Position numbers and translations under genes: made by a program. The notes under the pieces are model-generated. The model saw nothing but the letters and a program-made list of their open reading frames with translations. It ran no database searches and was not told where the DNA came from. A stretch of 57,265 nt of DNA, filler included, from an uncultured virus (IMG/VR IMGVR_UViG_2049941000_000270) (taxonomy: Duplodnaviria; Heunggongvirae; Uroviricota; Caudoviricetes). It is 12 parts of one record of this genome, joined end to end, with 100 filler letters (N's around TTAATTAATTAA, not from the genome) between each part and the next. Parts side by side here need not be neighbours in the genome. Positions count along the whole stretch, not along the records: positions 24,616 to 29,728 come from IMGVR_UViG_2049941000_000270; positions 29,829 to 33,047 come from IMGVR_UViG_2049941000_000270; positions 33,148 to 35,284 come from IMGVR_UViG_2049941000_000270; 9 more parts are not named here. One strand, 5' to 3'. The first letter of the stretch is position 1, and every line of letters starts with the position of its first letter. Shown here piece by piece: positions 24,624 through 35,384 of the stretch.

Positions 24624-25406
24624 ATGATTTATTATGACTATGATACTCTCAATGTGGTTTCACATCTTGGTCCTGAAAAGATAGAGGAAGTGGTCAAGAA
24701 GTATCTGTCCGGATATAACCAGGATGATGATAATGCCAAGTGTTACATAATGGTGAAGGATCCTGACCTTTATCTTGAAAACTTTGACATAAAGTTGAAG
24801 GGTGATTTGGACTTTGATATGTACAATGAAGGATTTGAGGAATTACATAATACCATCACAAAATCCCTCAGGGAGGATGAGAATGGTCTTTATCTTCTCT
24901 ATGGAAAGCCAGGTACCGGAAAGAGTACATATATTAGACATCTTATAAAGGAGTGTGGTACAGACAAGACAAAGTTTGTATATGTTCCAAGTAGTCTGTT
25001 TGGTGATTTCACTAATCCTAGTATCCTTCCTTTCCTTTTGAGACACAAGGGGTGTATCTTTGTGATTGAGGACTGTGAAAGTCTTGTCACTGTTGACGGT
25101 GGCGGAAGAAGTGAGGGTATCGCAGACTTGCTCAATATGACTGACGGTCTTCTGGCAGATGCACTCAACATCAAAATCATATGTACCTTCAACACTGAAT
25201 ATGACAAGATTGATGAGGCACTCCTCAGACCAGGTAGATGCAGATGTAAGTATGAGTTTGAACTTCTTGACAAGGATAGAGCAAACAAGGTTGCTGAAAG
25301 GTTTGGTCTTGCAAAGGTTGATGATGATGTTTCATTGGCTGAACTCTTCAATCCTGAAATTGAGTTCAAGGACAGCAAGAAGAAAAAGAAGCTCGGATTC
25401 AGATAA
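24624..25406 (+). CDS. Classic AAA ATPase (BCS1-like); possibly 5' truncated
   Basis: LLYGKPGTGKS, FVIEDCE, LLNMTDG, TFN, IDEALLRPGR (second region of homology). Confidence 0.88.
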   Translation: MIYYDYDTLNVVSHLGPEKIEEVVKKYLSGYNQDDDNAKCYIMVKDPDLYLENFDIKLKGDLDFDMYNEGFEELHNTITKSLREDENGLYLLYGKPGTGKSTYIRHLIKECGTDKTKFVYVPSSLFGDFTNPSILPFLLRHKGCIFVIEDCESLVTVDGGGRSEGIADLLNMTDGLLADALNIKIICTFNTEYDKIDEALLRPGRCRCKYEFELLDKDRANKVAERFGLAKVDDDVSLAELFNPEIEFKDSKKKKKLGFR

Positions 25407-25410
25407 AAAA

Positions 25411-25442
25411 TTTGGTAATGTCAGATAAATCTGTTATCTTTG
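25411..25442 (+). promoter_or_regulatory. Bacteroidota-type primary-sigma promoter (-33 TTTG, 20-nt spacer, -7 TATCTTTG)
   Basis: TTTG at 25411-25414 and TAnnTTTG at 25435-25442, 18 nt upstream of ATG 25461. Confidence 0.75.
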
Positions 25443-25460
25443 TATTGTAAATGTGAAGTT

Positions 25461-26246
25461 ATGAGAATAATAGACAACAAGAAGGATTATTATGATTATC
25501 TGGCAGGTGTCCTGGGAATGGATACCCATATAACCTATGACAGGAGAAATTCACACCGTCTGGTCAATGATACATCAGATAACATATATGAAAGATACCC
25601 TATGGGATTTGCACCATGCTTCTGCACATGGAAGAATGGAGTAAATCCAAAGAATCCTTCAGTATATACCGAGGATTGGGATAAGGGTTTCAGAAACCAG
25701 GGATTTGCATACAGACAGAGAGGTTCAGGTTATCATCCTGAAAAGTCAGATAAGTTCCCTGGTGCATATAATGTAAGTACACATTGGTTCAATATAATCA
25801 TAGGTTCTGTTGCATATATGTTTATTGTGTACAGAGTCCTTGAGAATGAGACTGACACAGAGGTGAAGATAGTTCCCAAACTGATGAGGAAGTTCAACTG
25901 TGACAGGTCAAAGACTGAATCCAAGGCACCTATCCTTCTTGGTACACTTACTTACAACCATGTTGATATACCCTGGTCAGTTGCATGGAAAAAAGATGAT
26001 GAATTTTACAAGATGGTTGCCAAGGTTGGTTACATCAGACCCAACAGGGATGGTACTTATGATGAGAATCCCATAATGGCAGGTACCTGGCTTCCTTCAC
26101 TGATTCCAGCAGAAGAGGTATGGAACAATGTTACAGATTATCTTCTGTCAATCAAGGAACCACCTGTAATAGACAACAGGACTGATGTTCAGCACCTGGA
26201 GTCACATGGATTTGATAAAAAGACTTCATTCCGTAATGTGAAGTGA
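25461..26246 (+). CDS. Hypothetical phage protein
   Basis: 261-aa ORF, MRIIDNKKDYYDY...HGFDKKTSFR, with upstream promoter and downstream hairpin. Confidence 0.75.
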   Translation: MRIIDNKKDYYDYLAGVLGMDTHITYDRRNSHRLVNDTSDNIYERYPMGFAPCFCTWKNGVNPKNPSVYTEDWDKGFRNQGFAYRQRGSGYHPEKSDKFPGAYNVSTHWFNIIIGSVAYMFIVYRVLENETDTEVKIVPKLMRKFNCDRSKTESKAPILLGTLTYNHVDIPWSVAWKKDDEFYKMVAKVGYIRPNRDGTYDENPIMAGTWLPSLIPAEEVWNNVTDYLLSIKEPPVIDNRTDVQHLESHGFDKKTSFRNVK

Positions 26247-26350
26247 TTGTTGTTCATATTTTTATTGTTTTTTCCTCCCATCTATAAATAAATAGGTGGG
26301 AAAGATTTTGNNNNNNNNNNTATATTTAATGTATAAGTAATGTGTAAATT

Positions 26351-27190
26351 ATGGATGTTCCTTGTGTTGTGAAATGGATAGGATCCAAAAGAGTCCAGAG
26401 TGAAGACATCATTCAATATTTTCCTAATTTCATTGATACATATTATGAACCTTTCTGTGGGGGATGCTCGGTTCTCTTCCAGTTACTCAAGTCACCTGAC
26501 CATTATGTAAACAGGTGTGTCTGTTCAGACATAAATGGTGATTTGATAGATTTGTGGAATACCATCAAAAGAGACCCGGATGGTCTTTTCAGTGAGTACT
26601 CCAGGATGTGGGAAGAAATGCATTCTCTTGATAATATACAGGACAGAAAGAGATATTTTGAAATGGTCAGGGAGGAGTTCAACCAGACCAGGAGTCCTTA
26701 TTGTTTCTTTTTCCTGATGAGGACATGTACCAATGGAATTCCCAGATACAACAAATATGGTAACTTCAATAATACCTTCCATCTTACCAGGGAGGGTATA
26801 AAACCAAAGAGGTTGAAGAAGATTATTGATGAATGGAGTAAACTTCTCAATGAACACAATGTCTTATTCAAGAGGTGTGACTACAGGGTGATGCTGGAAG
26901 CAATGAACCTTGATGATTTCACTTACCTGGATCCCCCATATGAAATGACCAGGAGTACAGGAAAGTATTTCGGAAAGATAGACTATCTTGACCTCTTTGA
27001 CAGGATAGCAATGATGAATGAGAGGGGTATAAAATATGCCCTGAGTTTTGATTCCACAGATGAGAATCTGGTTGTTCCTGGTGACTGTTATGAGAACTGT
27101 GTTGACATCAATACAAGGAATTGGGGATACAGGCAGATAACACAGAGGATGGACAATAGTAATGTTTATGAGAAATTGTATGTCAATTGA
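26351..27190 (+). CDS. dam: DNA adenine methyltransferase (Dam/D12 class)
   Basis: KWIGSK, YYEPFCGGCSV, SDIN..LI, RYNKYGNFN, YLDPPY. Confidence 0.92.
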   Translation: MDVPCVVKWIGSKRVQSEDIIQYFPNFIDTYYEPFCGGCSVLFQLLKSPDHYVNRCVCSDINGDLIDLWNTIKRDPDGLFSEYSRMWEEMHSLDNIQDRKRYFEMVREEFNQTRSPYCFFFLMRTCTNGIPRYNKYGNFNNTFHLTREGIKPKRLKKIIDEWSKLLNEHNVLFKRCDYRVMLEAMNLDDFTYLDPPYEMTRSTGKYFGKIDYLDLFDRIAMMNERGIKYALSFDSTDENLVVPGDCYENCVDINTRNWGYRQITQRMDNSNVYEKLYVN

Positions 27191-27828
27191 TATTTCATAA
27201 ATAACTTATATTATATAATCATAAGAAATAAGATATGATAAGACANNNNNNNNNNNNNNNNNNNNNNNNNNNNNNNNNNNNNNNNNNNNNNNNNNNNNNN
27301 NNNNNNNNNNNNNNNNNNNNNNNNNNNNNNNNNNNNNNNNNNNNNNNNNNNNNNNNNNNNNNNNNNNNNNNNNNNNNNNNNNNNNNNNNNNNNNNNNNNN
27401 NNNNNNNNNNNNNNNNNNNNNNNNNNNNNNNNNNNNNNNNNNNNNNNNNNNNNNNNNNNNNNNNNNNNNNNNNNNNNNNNNNNNNNNNNNNNNNNNTGTA
27501 TTTGACAACCTTGTAAAGTCATATAAGGGTGAGGGTCCTGCAATTTCCACATCTGCCGGTATTGCATACGAAGTTACTGATGAGGAAGATTCTCTTGAAA
27601 AGAAGATGAAAGCAAGAGAAGACCTTCTGAAGGCCAAGATTGAAGAGGATACAGAGAATTATGAATCAACCATCACAGAGTTGGAGTTGGTTATAAGTGC
27701 NNNNNNNNNNCGCAGACCTGTTGAATATGACTGACGGTCTTTTAGCAGATGCTCTCAATATTAAGATTATATGTACCTTCAACACTGAATATGACAAGAT
27801 TGATGAGGCACTCCTCAGNNNNNNNNNN

Positions 27829-28782
27829 CTGACGGTAGTTACACATAATGTTGATATAGTCAATAATTACAACATCAACCTTGTATTTCTGTGTCTCCTC
27901 TACCTCTTTAATATATCTTTCAACATCCAGGACTGTACCCTGACCTGTAGGAAGTTCCTTTACACGGAGTTTACCCGGTTCAAAGAAACTGGAGTTCCTG
28001 AACTGCTTTATCTTCTTCTTGACATTGGCAGGATTTTCAACCATCTTGTCATATTCCTCCAATGTCATATCAAACATATTAGCGGAAATTCTCCTGGTCA
28101 CTTTCTCCTTTGCCATCTCACAGGTGATGAACAGTACATTCTTACCCCGTATTACATAACTGGCAGCATCATTACAAAGGACTATTGACTTACCGACATT
28201 GGTTCCACCTATGTAACAGGTGAGAGTCTTCCTGTCAAGACCACCATGAGAAACCTTATTCCAGTATTCCCAGGTTGATGGTACCTTATCACTCTTTATA
28301 TTGTGGTGACTGTCTGGATCCCAGAAATCATCACCCAAATCCCTGTCAAATGAAATAAGGTTGGTGTCTCCAACCAATGCAGCTGCCCTCTGAACAATGT
28401 CTGCAACATTATCCAGGGTTATATCAGATGTCTTTACAAGTGCAGCTGCCTCAAACAGGTTATGATTGAGTGCCCTGAACTTTATCCAGTTTTCTGTAAT
28501 GTTTGCAAGCCATTCATTATCATAAGCAGTGATTTCAACATTGTATATTGCATCAACTGTTTCAGATGAAATTTCATTCTTATCACCCTTTATGATGGCC
28601 TTCATCTGCTCACAGGATGGTGATTCCTTATACTCCTGAAAGAACAATTTGGCATTATTTGCCAGATACTGTATATCAGGGTTTGAAAAGAAATCTCCAC
28701 CCATATCCGGAAGATACTGGGGTTTCTTCAGTGCATATGCAAAGATGATCTTCTCCTGATCAATTGTGGTCTTCATTCCCAT
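27829..28782 (-). CDS. Replicative DnaB-like helicase (T4 gp41-like), N-terminal part
   Basis: GGL.RKTL, GGTNVGKS (Walker A), NVLFITCEM, RRISAN, LRVKELPT, VIIDYINIM. Confidence 0.9.
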
Positions 28783-28794
28783 AATTCACACGGT

Positions 28795-29027
28795 TTAATC
28801 CCAAGGTGTTTTAACAATCTTATATCTTGTGTTGTTCTTCTGTATATATCCATTTGAGGTGAGTTCATCAATGATTTTTGATACACTTTCCTCATCCAGG
28901 TTATATTTGTTCTGAAGTTTTGCATCAGAGAACAAATTGGTATCTGGACTCTCCATACAACTGTCATACAGAACATCCAATGGTGTCGGATAATCCGGTA
29001 GGCATTTGTTGATACCTGTTATATATC
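28795..29027 (-). CDS. Small protein C-terminal fragment, possibly winged-helix
   Basis: Open frame ending VSKIIDELTSNGYIQKNNTRYKIV just upstream of the helicase. Confidence 0.45.
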
Positions 29028-29037
29028 NNNNNNNNNN

Positions 29038-29422
29038 ACCCAATTCAGAGAATACTTATCTGAAAATCAAGACTTTGGCTGAAGATTTGAGAGGTCTTGC
29101 AGTAAAGTATGATGTACTTATGATAACAGCATCCCAGATTGGTAGAGGTGCTCTTGATAGTTCAGACATCAATCTTACTGATGTATCAGAGTCAATGGGT
29201 CTTATGCACACTGTTGATAATGGTATAGGTATCATTCAGACAGAGGAGATGAGAATAGGTGAACTCATTGATGGTGTAGCGACACCTTACTATTGGTTCA
29301 AGATTCTGAAAATCAGGGAAGGTGAAGGAAAGGGTCACAAGTTCAGGGTTGACATTAACTATGGAAAGATGAAACTTATTGAGAGAACAGACTGCATAGA
29401 TACTAATGAACATTTAGCATAA
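29038..29422 (+). CDS. DnaB/gp41 helicase C-terminal part (inverted by assembly)
   Basis: NTYLKIKTLAEDLRGLA, ITASQIGR, TDVSESMGL, KILKIR, INYGKMKL. Confidence 0.88.
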
Positions 29423-29427
29423 AAGAT

Positions 29428-29728
29428 ATGGATATTAAAGTAGGAAATGAGACAAAGCAGATTTCAAACAGTTTGTTTGTAAAGTCTTCAACATATGCAA
29501 TTGACCCAGGATACTGGTATGGTGAATTGTATGGTCATATGTACACATACAGGTATTATATTGATATCAACAGGGTTGATGATGAGGAGGAGTTTGACAT
29601 ATATAATGTCATCTACAATGACCTGATTAAGACAGGTGATTTTGAAACCCTCATCTATGAATATAATAAACAGAAATCAAAGGATTCCAGAGCCAGACCT
29701 ATCCTTTCAGAGGGTGGTGGAAAGGAAT
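29428..29728 (+). CDS. Hypothetical protein, truncated
   Basis: ATG 5 nt after the helicase stop; open to the gap. Confidence 0.55.
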
Positions 29729-29871
29729 NNNNNNNNNNNNNNNNNNNNNNNNNNNNNNNNNNNNNNNNNNNNTTAATTAATTAANNNNNNNNNNNNNNNN
29801 NNNNNNNNNNNNNNNNNNNNNNNNNNNNAAAGTGACGACCACTGACCTTTAAGATTCATAATTACTCCCTT

Positions 29872-30036
29872 TTAATATGCTTCCAATCTTATTGAATAAA
29901 GTCTGTTCTGCATCTTAAGAAGAGCAAGTTTATAACCCATCTCCTGATCAACATTATCCAAATGAAGATTCTCATCCATCAACTTCTGAATCTCATCGAT
30001 TGCCAAATTGAGAGTATTTTTGTCGGGTTTTGTCAT
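29872..30036 (-). CDS. Small hypothetical protein
   Basis: 54-aa ORF MTKPDKNTLN...LEAY. Confidence 0.5.
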   Translation of the reverse strand: MTKPDKNTLNLAIDEIQKLMDENLHLDNVDQEMGYKLALLKMQNRLYSIRLEAY

Positions 30037-30055
30037 ATTAAGTATNNNNNNNNNN

Positions 30056-30880
30056 TATATAGAACTTAACCTCAACAGGTTTGCAGAACCTGTTCTTATC
30101 AGGTTTAGCAGTAACAATGATACCTGTCTGTGTATTATCTGAACCTTCCTTAAGTTTGGCCTTTGAAAGATTCAAGACTATACTTGCACCATAAACAAGA
30201 CCCTTACCACCGGATTGTATCTTGGTAGGAACATATGAATCAGTGGCATCATACACATGGTTGGAGAAAGCAAATGTACCTCCTATTACTCCCATCTTCT
30301 GCATCAGGATTCTAAATATTGATCTGATCTGCTTTGCCTTGGTCATATCTGACTTGTCATTACCTGCCTTGGCATCATCAATCTCCTTCTGGGTTGCAAG
30401 GTTACCTACTGAATCCAGGATAAAAAGAACCTTTGGAATGTTCATACCTGCCTCCTTCTTTTCAATAAGAAGTTCAACAGTCTGTGTAATATTGGTCTTG
30501 AATTCCTGAACGGTACCAACAGGTTCATAACGGAACTTGGAAGGATCTACACCAAACTGTACTATTTGTGATTTTTCAATTGCATTCTCTGAATCATACC
30601 AGATAACAAAAATGTCCTTCTTCTGTGCCTCTCTTGCAATATTGAGAAGAAGATATGTCTTACCGGTACCAGGATCTCCACTTAAACATATTGACCTGTT
30701 GTTGGGAACACCTCCGAAAAGACTACCAGTGAGACATGCATTACAGGCATAGTTACCTACAGGTATATATTCAGTGATTGCCGAAACACCGGCACCATCA
30801 GACATAAGTCCTCCCCACTTGGAGTTCTTACTCATTTCCTTATTTAAATCTGCAAAACTAAAATCTCCACCTTTTGCCAT
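30056..30880 (-). CDS. uvsX: RecA/UvsX recombinase, N-terminal and core part
   Basis: GSLFGGVPNNR, SGDPGTGKT, YDSENA, ILDSVGNL, DMTKAK.IRS.FR, NHVY, SGGKGLVYGAS, KNRF. Confidence 0.92.
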
Positions 30881-30931
30881 AAACTTAACTATTAAAATAT
30901 TATATACTAAATATAACAAAAAGAGGGTGAA

Positions 30932-31483
30932 TTACTCACCCTCCTTCTTTGCTTTCTTTTTCTTCTTTTTAATCTCTTTCTTGTCAGTCAGTTTAAATTC
31001 CTTACTGGGGTCAACCACAACCTTGGCCCTGGACATAAAGTCCTTACAAAGAAGCATCCTACTCCTATATGTCTTTGTTCCAGACAGATCAGAAATCTTC
31101 AGGTCAACCAGTTCATCCTTGTATTCCTTACCATTGAACTTGATGTCAACCTTTATGACAGGTCTTTCAGTTGCCTTTCCATGATGCCAGATTTTAATAT
31201 GTTTTACAACATCATACTCTTTCTTCTCATCATTGAAATCAAATGAAACCTTACCATCCTTCTCTTCAAAATCCTGGACTATGATAGCATTGTATGCTGT
31301 GTTACCTGTGTCAAGTTTTGCCTTCATCTTACCAAGACCAATAACCTCTATCACCTCCTTGAATCCGGAAACCTCCTTACCGTCATGTGTATCATTTGAT
31401 ACAGGGTGAACAGGAGTCTCTGGTATGAAGGCTTCCTCCCTCACACCTTTACTCTTTATATATTCATCAAATTTCTTTAACAT
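30932..31483 (-). CDS. RimB-like retropepsin-fold protease ('ATP-dependent Zn protease' family, RimK-associated)
   Basis: GFKEVIEV, KAKLDTGN, ERPVIKVDI, RMLLCKDFM, VVDPSKEF pattern. Confidence 0.75.
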   Translation of the reverse strand: MLKKFDEYIKSKGVREEAFIPETPVHPVSNDTHDGKEVSGFKEVIEVIGLGKMKAKLDTGNTAYNAIIVQDFEEKDGKVSFDFNDEKKEYDVVKHIKIWHHGKATERPVIKVDIKFNGKEYKDELVDLKISDLSGTKTYRSRMLLCKDFMSRAKVVVDPSKEFKLTDKKEIKKKKKKAKKEGE

Positions 31484-31555
31484 AATATTATTGAATTTTC
31501 TTAAATCCTAATTCTTCTTTGTTTGATGTAATCTTNNNNNNNNNNGGGTTCATCT

Positions 31556-31929
31556 TTAATCATCCATATCTCCATCATCTGGGACATCATCCTCTTCAAA
31601 AACCTTCTCAATATTGTTTCCACTCTCAGCATATCTGAACTCTGACTTGATATACTCATCCAGTTTCTCAAGTCTTTCCTTGGTAAATGCCTTGGATGTG
31701 AATAACTGGTTAAGAGGAATGGTTGTACCATCATCCAGACAAAATCCTCTTGCTGTTTCAGAAGGAACAAAGTATTGGACTGTACCATTTGCCTCACACC
31801 TGATGTATTCGGGTTTCGGGTCTTTCTGATATTCCTTCTCTGTAATGAACTTACCTCTCTGGATACCACACCTCTCAAATGAGATATAATCCTGCAAACC
31901 AACATAAGGATTCATACCATTTATATAAG
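31556..31929 (-). CDS. Probable C-terminal fragment of the RecA/UvsX gene
   Basis: GMNPYVGL follows naturally from ...VEVKFYI of the recA fragment; acidic tail. Confidence 0.6.
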
Positions 31930-32212
31930 ANNNNNNNNNNTTTTATAGTCTTCTTTTACCCACACTTTCAATATTTCTTCTCCATCAAAAGAGATGCTCA
32001 AATCCCAGAAGGGTGTTGTGGTTTTTCTATTCTTTGAAACTGATACNNNNNNNNNNNNNNNNNNNNNNNNNNNNNNNNNNNNNNNNNNNNNNNNNNNNNN
32101 NNNNNNNNNNNNNNNNNNNNNNNNNNNNNNNNNNNNNNNNNNNNNNNNNNNNNNNNNNNNNNNNNNNNNNNNNNNNNNNNNNNNNNNNNNNNNNNNNNNN
32201 NNNNNNNNNNNN

Positions 32213-33047
32213 ATGACTTAACTATAAATTTAATATCATCAAATGTTAAATCATCCTCTTTCCTGACAGTAGTTCCTCTTCCCCTATCAAGTATATCTTC
32301 CCAGACTGATTCATTGATAATATCATCAACTTTTTTTTCAAACTCAACTATTCCCCCACAATCACCCCAATTATCCTGTACATATTTGATAACTTTATCA
32401 TATGCTTCATCCTCAATGGGATCACCCCCAACTGTCATTAGATGGTCTTCCTTTCTTCTTGTAATATATTCTACAAACCCATCAAGTGTATTACCATAAC
32501 GCTTATTGTAAATAGCATTCTTATACATACCTATAACACCTTTGAGTAAAAATTTGTCAGTTTCATTCAACACTTCATCCTCCTTTCTTACAGTTTCACC
32601 AGACCCCTTGTCAAGCATTCCACCCCAGGTGGATTCATTGGTTTCTTTATTACACTCAACATATTCTGTCATTTTCTCTGTCCAGTCAAGGTCTCCCCAC
32701 ATCTCATCAGGATGTACATAGTTATCTTCAGCACCCCTGGCAATCAAGACATCTTGCTTTTCATAACTTTCCAATGAATCCCACCAGTCATCAAGAGTTC
32801 CATCTATTGTTTTTCCAGGTTCTTTTTCAAATCCTATTTTTTTTATGTTTTCCTCTATTCTGTTGATGTCCTCATCTACAGTCTTCTTGAAAACTTTACC
32901 TTTATCCCAGTTCCTTCTGGTATAATCAACCTTCTTCTGGACACATTCTTTACCATCATCAGTAAAAATATTCCACCTTTCTTTCATGAATTTTTCAAAA
33001 TCATCAAATGTGTTCTCATACTGTTCATAATACACAATTCTTTCTGC
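32213..33047 (-). CDS. Modular protein fragment with two internal ES-WGG tag motifs
   Basis: NESTWGGMLDKGSGETVRKED (32577-32639) and NESVWEDILDRGRGTTVRKED (32253-32315). Confidence 0.75.
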
Positions 33048-33147
33048 NNNNNNNNNNNNNNNNNNNNNNNNNNNNNNNNNNNNNNNNNNNNTTAATTAAT
33101 TAANNNNNNNNNNNNNNNNNNNNNNNNNNNNNNNNNNNNNNNNNNNN

Positions 33148-33569
33148 ATAACCATCCAAACAGTATCAATTGAAATCATATCCTTTAATACATTGGGTAA
33201 TGAATTAATGGTACTAACAAGCTCATTATATACAGGTATCACATGACTAACTTTATACTTACTGCCTTTGAAAGTTTCCTTTGGGTCTTCACCATTGAAA
33301 TAGCATCTTCTTGCCCTGTACATATTGAGATCATCCTTCCTATATAAATCAATAAATGTCCAGGAATTGTCCATCATTGCCTGAAATACACCAGAACTTG
33401 GATATACCTTATCCATTGGTTTTGATACATAACTTCCATCATCCTGTCTGGTGAACCTGAAAAGTTTATCAATACCTATTTTCTTTGCAAGTACATCTTC
33501 TATATCTGTACCGGGAGCAATAGATTCATATATATCCTCAATATATTCACTAAATCTTTTTACTATCAT
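33148..33569 (-). CDS. Hypothetical protein with a capsid-targeting-like N-terminus; truncated
   Basis: Starts MIVKRFSEYIEDIYES 10 nt after the previous stop. Confidence 0.6.
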
Positions 33570-33579
33570 ATTATATAAC

Positions 33580-34288
33580 TTATTTTCTTCTGTCCATATT
33601 GTTGTATGTCCTGTCAACATACTCTCTGAAATCATCCACATAGTCATAAACCTTTGCATTTGGTGAATGTACACAAGGTTCATCTTCCTTCCTGAACTTC
33701 TTTGATTTCTTCTTTTTCTTTTTTATCTGTTTAAGAAACATTGTGTATGGTGCAACCTGGTGGTAAACTATACCTGTTGGTGATGGAAGATCTCCTGAAC
33801 CAGGAGTACCATCAGGTCCTGGAAAATAAGCAGCACCCATTCCTCCTACACTGGCTGGTGTTGCACCACCTGGAACACCTTCACATTCCTTGATGACATT
33901 TTCAGCATTACTCCATTTAACATATATTGTCATCTGTTCATCCCATGAAAGAGATTCCCATATATCCTTTGGATCATCATAATCATCATCATGTTCCAAA
34001 GAATCGATAATTTCTTTCTGAAAATTTTTATCCAAAGAATCCCACCATGAATATAATGTATCAAATGGACTTTCACCTGCTTTTTTCACAAATCCTATTT
34101 TTTTGATGTTTTCTTCCAATTCATTAACTCTATCATCTATGATTTTTTCTATCTTTTGCCAGTTTCTTCTGACATATCCTATTTGTTTCTGTGCCATTTC
34201 TTTGGCATCTTTACGGTCAGGTAGGTTCCATGATCTTTCAATTAAATCTTCAAGATCACCAATCTTATTTTTATATTCTTCAAAATAT
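33580..34288 (-). CDS. Modular protein C-terminal part with a capsid N-arm-like peptide and a basic tail
   Basis: Domain paralogous to 32650-33040; VGGMGAAYFPGPDGTPGSGDLP; KKKKKKSKK. Confidence 0.7.
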
Positions 34289-34298
34289 NNNNNNNNNN

Positions 34299-35156
34299 TG
34301 TTGCCTTGGCTGCCATCTTTGCAATCTTTTCCTGTTCTGATGTAAGATGTCCCTTCTCTGCTGTTGAACCCAATGAGTAATTACTTCTGAAATCACCGGC
34401 AAGCTGGTTTCTCTGCATACATCCGATAATCTCAAAATTGTCAATACCAGGGGTCATCCTTTCAAATCCCCTATAGAGTACATGGATACGGAGGTCATAG
34501 TCTGAATTGATTTTCTCCTGAAGAAGAATGTCTGCCTTCGGTACAAGAGCAAATATTGCCTGGAGGACAGACTTCAATGAAATCATTGAATCTATCTGTG
34601 CGACACCAATACCCTGTGTTCCTTTTGTAATCTTGATTATAAGAGGAAAACCACCACCAACAGCAGCGACCTTATCTTCAAGTTTATTCATTGAAGAGTT
34701 GGTAACAACAGTGGTCTTTGGTGTAGGAACACCGGCAGCTTTAAGTTTCTTGTATGTAATGAACTTATCCTCACAGTTGTCAATTGCATCAAGAGTGTTC
34801 AATACAAAGAATCCATCATTCTGGAGTTCAGTAAGAAAATCCCTTGACTCAATATTCTTCAAAACTGTTCTTCTTGGAACAATGATGGTGTTGTTTGGAT
34901 TGAGGGTGAAAGTCTTTTTTGTTTCACCATTCTCAACTACATTGTAATCATCGTCACTACCCTTTGAGATTGTAGATGAAGAAGGATCAATTGTGACCAA
35001 TTTCAATCCTGCCTTTTTGGCTGCCTCCTCAAAGAAAAACATTGAATTGGAACTCTTTGTGGTCTTTTCTGCCCTACTTGACAAGAAAACAACCTGAATG
35101 TTCTTTGCTTTCTTACTTTCATTAAGAGGAGCATATCCTTTACTTGTATATTTCAT
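34299..35156 (-). CDS. RimK-family ATP-grasp ligase; 3' truncated
   Basis: NCEDKF.T...L..AGVPTPKT, FPLIIKITKGTQGIGV, LLQEKI, DLRIHV, GDFRSNYSLG. Confidence 0.9.
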
Positions 35157-35193
35157 AACTGTAAATTATATAGTTTTCAATATAGTATTTATG

Positions 35194-35222
35194 AAAAAGA
35201 GCAGGACTGAATCCTGCTCTTT
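35194..35222 (-). terminator. Intrinsic terminator abutting the late promoter of the RimK gene
   Basis: AAAGAGCAGGA-CTGAA-TCCTGCTCTTT; CATAAATA (minus strand) at 35186-35193. Confidence 0.75.
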
Positions 35223-35384
35223 ATTGAAGTAAATCATTTTCTTTACAATATTCTAAAAACTGTTCTTTGTCCATAATCTGTGTTNNNNNNNNNNNNNNNN
35301 NNNNNNNNNNNNNNNNNNNNNNNNNNNNTTAATTAATTAANNNNNNNNNNNNNNNNNNNNNNNNNNNNNNNNNNNNNNNNNNNN

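Noticed and set aside
27742..31929. Split or inverted helicase and recA genes as invertible elements, introns or inteins
   Set aside because: All breakpoints are at N gaps; no recombinase, intron or intein signatures; consistent with scaffolding errors.
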